From Chiloscyllium plagiosum (Eukaryota), in NCBI RefSeq assembly GCF_004010195.1, contig NC_057718.1, positions 5,871,110 through 5,935,109 of the forward strand: a DNA stretch of 64,000 nucleotides, in the 5' to 3' direction. Under the pieces are notes generated by a model. It saw only the letters and a program-made list of their open reading frames with translations. It was not told the DNA's origin and made no database searches. The translations under genes and the position numbers were made by a program. This document shows positions 12,216-25,926 of the stretch, one piece after another (positions within the stretch are counted from its first letter, which is position 1; each line of letters starts with the position of its first letter).

Positions 12216-13239
12216 GCGCAGTGTGAAGAGCAAACTCGTGCTTTGCATTGACTGAAGTCGTACCCAGCTGAGATGCAACGATGGTGTTAGTGGTATGAAT
12301 GGCCTGGCAATAGTGAGAGTTTCTGTCTCTCCTGCCACACAACACAAGACAGGTGAACAAGAGACCTGTAGCAGATCAAATGGGATAAACTGATGAAAAC
12401 TGTGTAAGAAAGGTTGACATGGACCACAGCAGAACAGGTACAACACATCTCACTCTGCCAAACCATAAGAGAATTCAGCCCTGTGTATTGTTTTTGTGTC
12501 TGATCAGGGTCAGAAGGGGGGGTTTCCAATCTGGACCAGAACTTCAGGGCATTTGTTTCCAGCAGGATAGGAGGGTCATCAAGAGTACAATTAGACAGTG
12601 TGTCAGTGTCATGCTGAAAAACTTTCACTTCTAATGCCTTGGGAAGGATCTGAAGATTAGATTGCAGAATAAAACACCAGACACAGAGGTGTCCGTGTGG
12701 GCTGGCACACCACGCATCCACATCGTGTGGAGACAGTCATAATGCAGTTGTACTGAACGCCAGCATCACCAGACAGCTTGAGCCTGAGGCCTGGTCTCCT
12801 GATGCTCACGGGAACCACTCGCAAAGACCTTCTGTGGGCTTTATTTTGACCTTTGGTATTGTTTTTGAGTCCTGGAAGTCGCTTACCTCGAATCAACGCA
12901 CTGATACAATAAAACTGCAAAAAGATGTAATCTCTTTCAAAAGCAAGAGGCAGTGAGAAAACTCAATGAGAGGAAACCCCAGTCTAGCAATTCATCTAAT
13001 TCTCAATCATCTCAATCATTCTACCAGAACCTTCTGGATACAGATTAGCATTAGCTGTTACCTAAGTACACATTGAAAAGATACCAAAATCCCAAGACAA
13101 TAAACATGGTTATAGGCCAAGGGCTGCATAGTGGGACTAGTGCAGATTTAAAGTAGCTCTGTCAGTGCAGATGGGATGACGGGCTGTTCCTATGCTGTAT
13201 GATTCTGTGGCTATCTTTGTCTCAAAGATCAAGCAAATG

Positions 13240-13600
13240 TGAGGAAAGGAAGGGAAGGACAGGGAAGGACAGGGAAGGGAAAGGAAGGAGAGGGAATGGA
13301 ATGGAAGGGAAGGGAAAACAAGGGAAGGATGAGGAAGAGAAGGGAAGGGAAGGGAAAGCCAGGGAAGGACAGGGAAGGGCAAGGAAGGGAAGGGAAGGGA
13401 AGAACAGGGAAGGGGAAGGAAGGAGAGGGAAAGGAATGGAAGGGAAGGGAAAGCAAGGGAAGGATGAGGAAGAGAAGAGAAGGGAAGGGAAGAGAATGGA
13501 AGGGAAGGGAAGGGAAGAGAAGGGAAGGAGAGGGAAAGGAAGGGAAGGTAAGGGCAGAGAAGGGCAGGGAAGAGAATGGAAGGTAAGGGAAGGGAAGGAG
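13240..13600. repeat. Purine-rich (GGGAA)n-derived satellite with internal higher-order duplication
   Basis: The plus strand is almost all purine. The block ggaatggaagggaagggaaa(a/g)caagggaaggatgaggaagagaag occurs twice. Confidence 0.9.
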
Positions 13601-13722
13601 AAAGTGAGGACTGCAGATGCTGGAGATCAGAGCTGAAAATGTGTTGCTGGAAAAGCGCAGCAGGTCAGGCAGCATCCAAGGAGCAGGAGAATCGACATTT
13701 CGGGCATGAGCCCTTCTTCAGG
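13598..13722 (-). mobile_element. PLE family A terminal repeat with hammerhead core, inserted in the (GGGAA)n tract
   Basis: Minus strand reads CTGAAGA-A-GGGC-TCAT-GCCC-GAAAT-GTC. Confidence 0.85.
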
Positions 13723-14986
13723 GAAGGGAAGGGAAAGGAGGTGGCCCATGCTATCCTTACACCATACCCAAATGGGCAGGTCACCCATGCCCAGTGTCTT
13801 ATCCAATGACCTGGACAGGAAGGATGCATAAGGTGTAAAGCACTGAGGCCCCTCTCCATGACTGGGGACCATCATTTTCAACTGGACATAAGGAAAGGAA
13901 CACATGGGCTGTCGACAAGTTGGCACTGGGTTATGCATCATTCTGAGTCTGCCCAGGCTGAGGGGCATCACGTCCTGCTGGATAGTGTGAGATAATTGCT
14001 CAGACAAGTTGATGGGGTGCAAGGGCAGATTTAAAATGAAGAGAGTCACCACTGTCCTTGGAGGCTGCTTTCTCCTTAGAGAGAGGCAACTGTTGATGAG
14101 TTTAACCTGAAGGTCACCACACCTCAGGCAAGGATCATATAATGAGGCAGCCTCCTTCAAAAGCAAGTGTATTTTAGAGGCAGTGGGAAAACTCAAAGAG
14201 AAGAAGATCTAGTCTCATCGAGTTCTTGATTATCTGCAGTATCCTGTCTTGTTGCTAGCAGAACCTTCATGATAATCATAGCCAGCACAAGAATTGAACC
14301 CACACTGTTGGAATCATTTTTATTTACAAATCAGCCAGCCAGCCAACTGAGCTAAGGTCTGGAGGCGAGGGCCACAACGAGGCCACTAGAACCTATTAGC
14401 ATGTCAGTGAGGGAAAGCTGGAAAAGAGGGATAAATTATTCCACAGCTCCGTCTAAAGAGATCCCATCTGGGCTTATTTTGTAACTAAACTCAACGTTCT
14501 CTAGCCTCCACTGCCGTATCCAGAGTCAGATCCATATTACCAGCAGGCACCCGGGAGTCTTGGGTGGCCACCACATCAAGGGAGGTAGAAGACGAAGCCA
14601 ACAACTCTTTCCATTTGTTGGGCCACCAGCAATGAATGTATGTTTTTTTAATTGGCAAAGTCTTAACTGGATTGCATTCTTGCTTGGGTTGATGGATGGC
14701 AGTGGGAAATCTAGGCCAGTATATTTCTGGAAGTTTGAATTTTCTTTTACCTCCAAGAATTCCTCCTTAACCCAGGTCGAAGATAAGGAATCACCAAATT
14801 TCCAAACTCGCTCCCAAACAGTGTTAAGTTCTATCTTGTAATCAATGGACTCATTGATTTGAAAATATTGCAAAGTGTATCAAACTATTTCAATTCTGAA
14901 ATCTAGATCAGGCCAAGCTCCTTGGACTCATTCTGCCATTTTTTATTTTAATTTTAATATAAGTTGGGCTTTCTGACACCCTTGCA

Positions 14987-15273
14987 GGGTGGTACAGTGG
15001 TTGGCACTGTTGCCTTACAGCGCCAGAGACCTGGCTTCAATTCCCGCCTCAGGTGACTGTGTGGAGTTTGCACATTCTCCCTGTGTCTGCGTGGGTTTCC
15101 TCCCACAGTCCAAAAATGTGCAGGTTAGGTGAATTGGCCATGCTAAATTGCCCGTAGTGTTAGGTGAAGGGGTGAAATATAAGGGAATGGGTCTGGGTGG
15201 GTTGCGCTTTGGCAGGTTGGTGCGGACTTGTTGGGCCGAAGGGCCTGTTTCCACACTGTAAGTAATCTAATCT
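14987..15273 (+). mobile_element. HE1 SINE
   Basis: tRNA head, partly deleted V-domain and (AATCT)n tail. Confidence 0.9.
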
Positions 15274-15715
15274 TATAATGCAAAAACATTCATATCAATT
15301 TAGACCAAGGACCTGGTTTTCAAAACCCTAGTTTTAAAAAAAAATCCATCATTGATTTAATGGATGACTACTTGGGTAAAAGCATGCAAAATAATGTCAC
15401 AGCAGTGTAATTTATAATGTTTATTTTGTGGAAACAATACCAATCCATCTTTCAAAGTGGGCAAAGACGCTTACAGAAATGGCTCAGAGAAGTCACGTGA
15501 CAACTTTGTAGCACCAGCTGGTATTGGGGTAAAACTGAAATTGTCTCAGAGTTAAATTATAAGAAACCTTTTGAAACTCCATTTCCAAGGGTAAGCAGAA
15601 ACTCACTGACAATGGTTTCCCAGAACCGAGAATAGTTTTTCCTTTCTCTAAACACTTGGCAGTGAGAAGCCATAACAAGCTGGTGGCATGATTAAAAATG
15701 AACACATCATGTAAG

Positions 15716-16715
15716 AGGAGGTGACAGCCCAGTGATATTATCGCTGGCCTGTTAATCCAGAGACCCGGGTAATATGCCTGGGGACCTGAGTTTGAATTCT
15801 GCTACAAGACCTGGGAGACTTTGCATTCAATAAGAAATTGGAATTAAGAGTCCAACAGCCATGAATCCATTGGAAAAACCTATCTGGTTCACTAATGCCC
15901 TTTAGGGAAGGAAACTGCCATCAATGGGGTGACATGGTGGCTCAGTGGTTAGCACTGCTATCTCAAGCATCAACGTCCCAGGTTCAATTCCAGCCTCGGA
16001 CAACTGTTTGTGTGGAGTTTGCACATTCTGTCCGTGTCTGTATGGGTTTCCTCCCACAGTCCAAAAGATGTGCAGGTTAGGGTGAATTGGCTAAACTAAG
16101 TTGCCTATAATGTTAGGTGGATTAGTCAGGCGTAAATGTCGGGGAATGGGTCTGAGTGGGTTGTTCCTTGGAGGGTCAGTATGGACTTGTTGGGCCGAAG
16201 GGCCTGTTTCCACACTGTAGGGAATCTGAGAAAGATGCGTTTTTGATAGGGACGGCACGGTGGCTCAATGGTTAGCACTGCTGCCTCACAGCACCAGGGA
16301 CCTGGGTTCAATTCTCGCCTCAGCCAACTATTTGTGTGGAGTTTGCACCTTCTCCCTGTGTCTGCGTGGGTTTCCCCCGGGTGCTCCGGTTTCCTCCCAC
16401 AATCCAAAGATGTGCAGGCCAGGTGGATTTGCCATGCTAAATTGCCCATAGTGTTAGATGCATTCGTCAGGGGTAAACGTAGGGAAATTGGTCGAGGTGG
16501 GTTGCTCTTTGGAGGGTCAGTGTGGACTTTTTGGGCCGAAGGACCTGTTCCCACACTGTAGGGAATCCAATTTAATCTAATCTTACCTGGTCTGGTCTAC
16601 ATGTGACTCCAAACCCACAGCAATGTGGTTGACTCTTAACCACCCCTTCCCCTCCCCCCCCCCCCCCCAATAATAAATGCTGGTCCAACCAGTGACACCC
16701 TCATCCTGTGAAGAA
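15716..16715 (+). mobile_element. SINE family 2 split by two tandem HE1 SINEs (15926-16227, 16249-16580)
   Basis: The host sequence ...gaaactgccatc breaks at 15922 and resumes as tcttacctggtctgg at 16581. Confidence 0.85.
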
Positions 16716-19544
16716 ATCAATAAATAGATGATGGATAACACAGAAGTAATTGCAGCTCTCTTCAGCCAGATGTCTTGAATGGGTGGGTTATCTCCAGCAG
16801 CCCCCCCTCAGGTCCCCAGAATCACAGGGGCAAGTCTAAAACCACTTTGATTTATTCCACGTGCATTGGAGGTAAGGCTTTGAGCCCTGACAACATTCTG
16901 GCAATAGTGCAGAAGACATGTGCTTCAGAACTTGCTGCTCCCCCTAGTTAAGCTGCTTCTGTACAATTACAACACTGGCAGCTACCCGACAATGTGTGGA
17001 GGCAAGACTGGCTTTTGTGATGGACTGGGCTGCATTCACAACTTTCTGTTGCCAAACCAAGCTGTGATGGGATGCTTTCTATCAAAATGCGTAAGATTCA
17101 TTGTGGACATGCTAAATTTCCTTTGCCTTCTGGAGAAGTAGAGGCATTGGGAGAGGGAGGAGTGGTGAGTTGGGGTTAGGTTGCATGGAAAATTTAAAAA
17201 TCAAAGGAAAAGGTAGGATTGTCGATTATTGATGGGCTGATTATTACCAGAAAATAAAAAGAAGGGACAGAATATGTGAATCACCATACTAGGCCACATC
17301 GTCAGTGAGGCTCATCACCGTCTGATAAACAAACCTTCCAGCTCAGCAAGCAAACATACATCCGGAACCTCAACCTGAACTACAAATCTTCTTAAAACTC
17401 GCCAGAATGAGCGAATGCTGTATTATACCAAGGGACTGTAAAAATGTCAGGAAATATAATAATGGAACAAACATAAAGCATTTGTATTTTAATGCACGAA
17501 GCATTTGGAGAAAAGTAGGCAAATTGACAGCCCACTTCTGTTCCTATTTCTTCTGATCTCAACTTCCGAACCTGGGCAGGTTGGATACTGAGTCAGGGTG
17601 TGGTAAATGCATCTCTCACTGAATTCATTACATTAACTCTGGTTTTTCCCACCACAGATACTGCCAGACCTGCTGAGTTTCTCTAGCACTGCCTGTTTTC
17701 TTTATGTCAAAAGTTATGCTCTGTTTAAACACCTCACTAATCTGCCTTAAAATTATGTCATGCCTGGATTTTCCGAATGATGTGTCATTTTTGGAAAGAT
17801 GGTGTTACTGGGGATCTTTTGCCTGTGAAAAGTGTTGTCATGGTGATGCTACTGAATGGTTCTCTCTAGGAGAGTTCTGAATATAAATAGGAGTTTTTCA
17901 CATTGGTTCAAGCTGAAAGATTCCTGACTTCCTTCCCCAAGGGACATCCATGAATGAGTTGAACCCAATAACTTCATGGCCCCATTCACCAGCTTTATGA
18001 AAAAAAACAAGTTCTCTCAATTTCTCAAAACACCCAAGTTCCTTGTGTTCTGCTAGGTGCCAGCCTTCGAGATAGCTCGAGCAGTAATTCAGTCCTCACA
18101 CTTCCAAACCAAAATTGCCAATGAGCTGCCATACAGTGCTGGTTTAGAACAAATTCATGCTTTCGATTCCAATCAACTGAGAACTGTGGTCAGGCTGACC
18201 TCCAGCTCTCTTCAAGAAGCCTAGGGTTAGTCAACAATAAGATGAAGAAGACATTCTCAAACGCTTCAGGTGTTAAAACAGCAGAGCTGCTTGTCTGTTT
18301 TACCCCATTCCCCAATAATAGTATTTTAAAGACAACCCCCACATACTCAGAGAATGGTAAGGGCATGGCATGCCCTGCCTACCAATGTAGTTAACTCAGC
18401 CACATTACAGAGATTTAAACAATCCTTGGATAAGCACATGGAGGATGATGGGATAGTGTAGGGGGATGGGCCTAGATTAGTTCACAGGTCAGCGCAACAT
18501 CCAGGGTAAAGGGCCTGTTCTGCATTGTACTGTTTTATGTTCTATCCTGACATGTACTGAAATTGCTTTTACAATGAGCTGCTGAGTTTCCAGCCTCTAT
18601 TACAGAAATGGAGAGTCTGCCAAACCGATAGAAAAAATTATCAGTCTTTATTGTTCTTGGACCTTCGATGTAATGCCATTCAGGAGGGAAGTCTGACCTA
18701 CATTCTGTAGATTGAGTCAGGTCTAATCAAACACTGGTATTGTTTAGTTCACCAGTGCACTAATAGAGCTGGAGCCTACCAAATCACTGAATGTGGATTG
18801 TGTCACAGTGTTCAATATCTTCAACACAACAAAGCCATGAGAAAGTCGCTGGAACAACCAGATTGAGGTTGACCCAAATCCATTGAATGTTTGCTGCACA
18901 AACCAGCTCCAGAATAAATCTAATTCCAGCTTTCCATGCAACCTTGTTTCATTCAGTATGGAGATTAAGCGTAAACTTGCTGAATCCACAGCCCTGGAAG
19001 GGAGTCACTGCAAGCCAGTTGTTTTAATCACTCAATGGTGAGCTGTTTTCTTGGACTGTTGAAGTTCCACATGCTGTGGACAAACCTGTAATGATATTCA
19101 AGAGGGAATTCTAGGATTTTAACCCACTGACAGTGAGAAGACAATGACATATTCCAAGTCAGGATGGTGAGTGGCTTGGAGGAGAACTTACATCTTTGGT
19201 GTTCCCATATATCTGCTGCCCTTGTTGTTCTAGATGGAAGTGGTCATGAGTTTATAAGGTAACTGTCTAATGATCTTTGAAGAATTTCTGCAGTGTGACT
19301 TGTAGATAGGACATAGGTTGTCAGTGGTGGGGAAAATGGATGTTTATAAATATAGTGTCAATCAAGCGGGCTGCTTTGTCCTGGACGGTATCACGTTTCT
19401 TGAATGCTGTTGGAACTGCATCCATCCAGTCAACTGGGGAGTATTCCATCACACACCTGAATTGTGCCTTGTAGATGATGGACAAGCTTTGGGGAGTCAG
19501 GAGGTGAGTTACTTGCTGCAGTATTGCGTGTCAAAATTGTTGTT

Positions 19545-20420
19545 ACTGTAGACAGTGAAGAAAGTTATCTAAGATTACGAAGAGATCTTGATCAATTGGG
19601 TTAATAGGCTCAGGACTGGCAGATGGAGTTTAATTTGGATAAATATGAGGTATTGCATTTTGGTAAAACAAACAAGGCAGGAGTTATCCAGTTAATGGTA
19701 GGGCCCTGGTTATTATTTTATAACAGAGACACCAAGGAGTTCAGGTATGTAAGTCTTTGAAAAACAGGTAGATAGGGTATTTAAGAAGACAGTTAGCACA
19801 CTTGCCTTCATTGATCAGACATTTTAAGTAGAGGAGTTGAGATGGCACGTTGAGATTGTACAGGATGTTGGTGAGGCCTCTTCCAGTGTACTGTGTGCCA
19901 TTCCAGTCACCCTACTGTAAGAAGGATATTCTTAAATTGGAAAGGCTTTGGAAAGCATTTACCAGAATGTTCCTGGGAATGGAGGTATTGATGTATAAAA
20001 ATAGGCTGGATAAGCTGAGACTTTTTTTCACTGGAGTGTAAGAGATTGAGGGATGACCTTATTGAGGTTTATAAAATCATGAGGAGTATAGAAAAGGTAA
20101 ATGGCAAGGGTCTTTTCCTTAGGATGCAGAGTTCAAAACTTGGGGGCATATTTTTAAGGTGAGAGGGGAAGTTTTAAAAAGGACATGAAGGGCAATACTT
20201 TTACACAGAGAGTGGTTTGTGTGTGGAAGTGAACTGTCAGAAGAAGCGATGGATGCGCATACAGTTATAGAATTTAAAAGACATTTTGAAAACTATATAA
20301 GGAGGAAAGGTATGGAGGGAAATGGGCCAAATGCAAGCAAGTGGGACTGATTTAGTTTGGGAACATGGTTAGCACGGTGGACCGAAGGGTCTGTTTCCAT
20401 GCTGTATGAATATGACTCTA
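19545..20420 (+). mobile_element. CR1 LINE 3' portion (decayed ORF2 C-terminus)
   Basis: WQMEFNLDKYEVLHFGK and RLYRMLVRP...YCVPFQSPYCKKDILKLER motifs, with a 3' UTR. Confidence 0.9.
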
Positions 20421-21619
20421 TAACCTGCTGTAATATCCACTGTATTTATATTGTGATCCCAGTTCAGTTTCTGATCAATGGTAATTCCCAGGTTGTTGAT
20501 AGTGGGCGGTTCAGTGATGGTGATATCATTTAATGTCAAGGGACGATGGCTAGATTGTCTCTTATTGGAGGTGGTAATTGCCTGGTCATTGTTTGGGATG
20601 AATGTTACTTGACTGATTTCTGAAACATTGCCTCCATTGAATACTGGGAGCATGTGATCAAGAATTTACCATTGGATATTCATTTTCCTGTAACAAAGGA
20701 CCATCAGAGTAGACAAGCACTTCCACTGGCTGCGAGATTTTGGAGACACTGAAAGCTTTGCACAAATATTTTGATCCATCAACGATCTTACCAAAATCCT
20801 GAATATCCTCCCAGCTGTGGGATTATGCTGTCGTGTACGACTACTGAAAAATTTCACAAAGCTTTGTTGGTGTGTGTGATGATCCCAGCTGGCATTATTT
20901 CTGCACAAGTCAAACCCCAGACTGAAACCTAGCTTCGCAGATCCTGCTTTGATTTGGTTTTAACAAAGCTCTCCCACTGCTGATCTAGTTTTAAAACAGA
21001 AATTTGTAAAAGCAAAAGAGATGATGTTGAAATACTATAAACAAATCTATTTACTTGTAATACAAATTCAAAAAGTAAAAGAATAAAGCATTTGCAATAT
21101 ACAGTTGGAGAAGTTAGCTCCATCGAAATAACCATAGGTTCTTGTCATCAGTTGTTTGTAAAGAAATGAAAGGATTGTGGTCTGTATAAATAACAGTTTC
21201 TTCCATGTTGTTGATAATGTATATTTTAAAATGATGTAAAGCCAGCAAAAGGCACAATGTCTCTTTTTCAATGGTTGGATACTTTTGCTGGCATGTGGTC
21301 AGTTTCTTTGAACAGTAACAGACAGTCCTCATCTCAGCCCCCACTCCAATGCTGCAAGCAACATCAGGCACTTCAGATGGCTCCAGACAATTTGCCGTGA
21401 CTAAAACTGTGTAGTTGTCAACACTGCTTTTTAAGTTATCAATGACAATTTGGCGCTCACTCATTCATTCAAACAAACTTATGAAATAATCCACTCATGC
21501 CAATAAACAGCAACATGTTATACTTCATCTTAAGCATGGGAAATTCCAAATAGATTGTATTTTGACTCTCGAGCTGCTACTTGGCATTTTGTCACAGTGT
21601 GGTCCAAATAAGTAAAAGC

Positions 21620-21990
21620 ACAACAACATTTCTCCTTCCTCTGGAGACTAAGGAAATTTGGCATGTTCACAAGGAGACACACCAATTTTTATAGTTGCAC
21701 CATGGAAAGCATTCTATCTGGATGCATCACAGTGTGGTATAGCAACTGGTCCTCCCAAGACCACAAGAAACTACAGATTTATGAGCTCAGCCCTGTCCAT
21801 CATATGAACCAGTCGTCCATCCATTGGCTTCATTTATACTTCCCGCTGCCTCAGAAAGGCAGCCAACATAATAAAGACCCCTCCCACCCCGGTTATACTC
21901 TCTTCTAACCTCTTCCATTGGGCAGAAAATATGAAAGCTGGAATTCACGTACGAATAGATTCAAAAACAGTTTCTTCCCTGCTATTATTT
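21620..21990 (+). mobile_element. Rex1/Babar-type LINE 3' fragment
   Basis: TNFYSCTMESILSGCITVWYSN...KDPSHPG, also seen in the 53770-55340 element. Confidence 0.8.
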
Positions 21991-23323
21991 TGAAAGTTAC
22001 ATTCTCAGGTTAACTTTATTGAAGAAGATGGATTAAACATTGTCTTTGCCTTCAGTCTTTCTATATTTTTTAAATGTTTCAAATAATTGAATTCCCAAAT
22101 CATGTCCTGACTCCTTTTCTTCCTGTCCACTTGTGAAATCTCACATTTATTTGCAGTATCTGTTGCACCTCTGATCTTGAATACTTAATACTTATTTAAG
22201 TAAGTGCTTGAATCTACAGGAATGCTATTTTGAAATTCTTCCATGATTATAAATTCCCAAGCATTTTCAAAATCATTTTCTTGCTTGAATGATCAAAACC
22301 ACTGATCCCACAGAATCTCTTTCTCCTTCACAGATTCCGCAAACATCTGACAAGATTTATTTTGGGTAGTCTAAGTTTCAATTGAATACCCACAGCACAA
22401 GCTCATAAGCTTGGAGTACAGTCTCTGACATTTTCAAACTATGCATTTTGTCCTTCTGGCAAACTGACATACAATGTCATAGCTGCACCTGTCAAAATAC
22501 CCAGTAACACTAAGGCTCGAGCATTTTTTGGCTATTTCATTTCCCTAGGTACCTTCTCAGATTAGACCTTTTGCCTCTATCCTTATTGAATTTAGGCATT
22601 AAGGGAAGATTCTTGTTTAAATTAAATCCCTCATTGGAATCAGAATCATTGTCCAGTTGGCTACCTCATTCTTCCTTCTTTCTTGTACACTTTTCTTATG
22701 CATAGTCATGATCTTTAATTACACTTCAAGTCATTATTTCAATTTCCAACATTTTTGCTTTACTTCTTTTTGTTATCGTTTCAAATTTTCAAAAGTCTAT
22801 TTCTGTCTGCTTTTCTCTCTCCTCAATTTCAAGTCTTTTCATTTCTCTTTCTCTAACGCCAGAATTTTCATTATTTTAATTTCTAACTGCCATTTTAATG
22901 AACGCTAACTATGCCGTCCCAGATTCAGGACATTTTTCTTCCAGTTCTAACTTTTGTACAATCACTTGAAGCATCATATCCTTATGAGATACTGCTTTTA
23001 CTTGAACAATAATTTGTCTTCTATCTCTTTCAATTCAACCTCTCTCATAGGTTTAAATAATCCACTGCTATATCTTCCATTTGCCGAAAATTCTCATTCG
23101 CATTCAAAGCCATCTTCAAATTCCACACAATAACCTCATGGCAATATAGCTGCTTTGTGCCCAGAACCACCATATAGTTGTTACATTGACAAGAAAAACT
23201 CAAAACACTTTTAAATCCAATGAACTGACTGATCCTACCAAGAGATCCCATTTGTTATTATGTCAGCAGACAATAACAGTGGACAAGTCAGTCCCAGATT
23301 GAAATATGGTTTGATAGGTCACT

Positions 23324-23636
23324 GGGCGGCACGGTGGCACAGTGGTTAGCACTGCTGCCTCACAGCGCCTGAGACCCGGGTTCAATTCCCGCCTCAGGCG
23401 ACTGACTGTGTGGAGTTTGCACGTTCTCCCCGTGTCTGCGTGGGTTTCCTCCGGGTGCTCCGGTTTCCTCCCACAGTCCAAAGATGTGCAGGTCAGGTGA
23501 ATTGGCCATGTTAAATTGCCCGTAGTGTTAGGTAAGGGGTAAATGTAGGGGTATGGGTGGGTTGCGCTTCGACGGGTCGGTATGGACTTGTTGGGCCGAA
23601 GGGCCTGTTTCCACGCTGTAATGTAATCTAATCTAA
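23324..23636 (+). mobile_element. HE1 SINE, young and near-intact
   Basis: Intact A box (GTGGCACAGTGG) and B box (GGTTCAATTCC), CpG-rich body and (AATCT)n tail. Confidence 0.95.
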
Positions 23637-24104
23637 AAAAAATTTTGTTTTGTTTTGGTTTTAACTAGGCAGCCTCTTACTGAGACAGAAGTACAAAATG
23701 TTGCACATCTTCTTTTAACAATGAAACAGAGGTTTATAAAGCCAAATAAATGAAAATAAATACAGTAATCTAAACAAATGTATTTAATTAGAACACAAAT
23801 TCAAAAGTTTTAAACACGCTGTTCAAATATAAATGATTTATCCCAAATCACTCCTTGACAAGTTTGAAAAATATTCTTTACAAAATCCAACAAAAACCTT
23901 AGTAGTTTACTCATACCAGAATCTTTTTCTCTGATACTTCAACTATGACTTTTATTCCAACACTGGAACCTTTGATAATCTATTACTGGAGCGATCACTT
24001 AACTGAGTCATAACAAATTCAGTTCCATGTCTTCTTCACGGGTTTTAATCGGGGACAATCCTTGACTCATGAATTTAAGATAAACTAGATTACTTTATTC
24101 CTCC

Positions 24105-25020
24105 ATAAGACCATATGACCACATGAAATAGGAGCAGAAGTGGGCTATTGGTCCATTGAGTCTACTCCACCATTCAGTAGAATCGTGGCTAATCCAACAC
24201 TCATCACATTCACTTTCCCACACTTTCTCCATGAGCCTTGATTCCCCGACTGATCAAGAATCGATCCATCTTAGCCTTAAATATACATGAGGATTCTGCC
24301 CTCAAAGCTTGGGGTGGCAAGAAGTTTCAAACACTCACAACCCTCTAAAAGAAGAACTTTCTCCTCATCTAAGTCTTAGATTGGTGTCCCTACAGTCTGA
24401 GACCATGCCTTCTGGTCTTAGACTCTCCTTTAATGGGAACATCCTTTCGGGGAAAGTGAGGACTGCACAGGCTGGAGGGTCAGAGCTGATAAAGTGTGGT
24501 GTTGGAAAAGCACAGCAGGTCAGGCAGTATCCAAGGAGCAGGATAATTGACATTTCGGGCAGGACTTTTCTTTAGGACTCTTCCTGAAGAAGGGTCCTGC
24601 CTGAAGCGTCAAGTCTCTTACTCCTCGGATGCTATGGGAACATCCTCTCATTATTTACATTGTCATGCCCTTTAAGAACCCTTTGTGCTTCTCATTCTTC
24701 TAAACTCCAATGAGTAGAGCCCCAACTGTTTAACCTTTACTCATTAGACAATCCCTCCATACCAAGGATCATCCTAATGCACCTTATTTCAACTGTCTCC
24801 AATGAAATATCTTTCCTTAGGTCATAAACCTGAAAATGAATCTCTTCTCCCCATTCTCTGTTTCATGCCAATGAGTCAATTCTCTATCCATGTCAATATA
24901 GTACTCACAATACTGTGGGTTCTCATCTTATAATTTATGATTTTGCAAAGTACCTTGTCAAATATTTTCTGGAAGTCCAAATACACCATATCCACTTGTT
25001 CCCCTCTATTCAGTTCTGTT
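24105..25020 (-). mobile_element. Old CR1 fragments with nested PLE insertion
   Basis: ccataagaccatatgacc tail, CR1 3' UTR and RT remnant (VDMVYLDFQKIFDKV) near 24950-25000. Confidence 0.7.
24446..24633. mobile_element. PLE family A inverted-repeat insertion
   Basis: Flanked by the 13-bp repeat atgggaacatcct (24433-24445, 24634-24646). Contains a decayed hammerhead, ctgaagaagggtcctgcctgaagcgtc. Confidence 0.8.
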
Positions 25021-25926
25021 AGAAGTATTGCTCTATACATGCATCTCCATGCAAGGATTTCATAGAATACTCCAAATCAAAGTAATACTGAAAGAATTGT
25101 CTCTTTCTTTAGTATGGGTGTTTTCTTTTAGCTTAAAAAAGCTCCAAGTTTAGAAATTTCCAACAGAAGCCTTGACACACAATGGTTCATCCTGCTAGGT
25201 CATAAAATGCGAAAGTAATCACAATTCTATTTGGTTGCCAAAGTAGCCCTCATAAACTGTTTTGAAAGAAATCACCATGGCTACAGAACTACTTACAAGT
25301 CAATTATCAACTCAAGGCACACACAGCCCATTTCTGTCTTGAGTCTCAAAGAAATCTGAGAAATATTGGACCTTGTTTGTTATTACCTCTTCATCTGATA
25401 TCCATTGACCTTGTCAGCTTCATTTATTGTCCTAATCTACATAAATTGTAAACAGATTGCTCCAATCTTGATCATTTTATACAACATTCCCTTTATTGCC
25501 TGTTGATCTTTGGCAATCTCGTAATCTCACACAATTGTTTTTATCTGATAACTTCTAAAAGGAATTTAAAATTCCCTGGTACCCAGAAAGCTCAGAATGA
25601 ATGTGATTTTTATGAGTGTTATCTGTCCCTCTGCTTTTGAAATGAGCTATTTTTCAAAATGCCCGCTGCTGTGCAAACACGAAGTAAAATAGCCATAGTT
25701 CCACTTCCTCAGGAAAGAGACATTAATGATATGGAACCTCATGGTTACATCAAACAGAGCAGGAATTAAACCCACATTATTAGCATCACAACTGGCAAAA
25801 GCATACACCATAGCACATTCAAACCAATAGGTTTAGGTGTTGCAACATTTTCAAATTCAACCTGTTGATATTGTACATAGTGAGGCGACTGCTTCAGAGT
25901 ACTGCAAGACTTGTTACAATTGAACC

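Larger units (their letters stand above)
20660..24100 (-). mobile_element. Decayed Gypsy LTR retrotransposon (LTR, PBS, gag, RNase H remnant) interrupted by Rex1 and HE1
   Basis: RNase H motif SKKLTTCQQKYPTIEKETLCLLLALHHFKIY...YTDHNP at 21114-21464. Gag-like LMPKFNK...EKVPREMK*P...LTGAA...LQAYELV at about 22390-22610. The LTR end TAACA is followed by a degenerate tRNA-Pro-like PBS, TGGGATCTCTTGGTAGGAT, at about 23232-23250. Confidence 0.75.

Noticed and set aside
13137..13675. G/K/R/E-rich and F/P/S/L-rich ORFs
   Set aside because: They are translations of the (GGGAA)n tract.
23324..23400. tRNA gene
   Set aside because: It is the tRNA-derived head of an HE1 SINE, continuous with the V-domain and tail.
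25730..25830. Apparent Gypsy RNase H 'DANNVG' motif on the minus strand
   Set aside because: The nucleotide sequence matches the SINE family 3 head (gtgatgc...gtgggttcaattcctgc).
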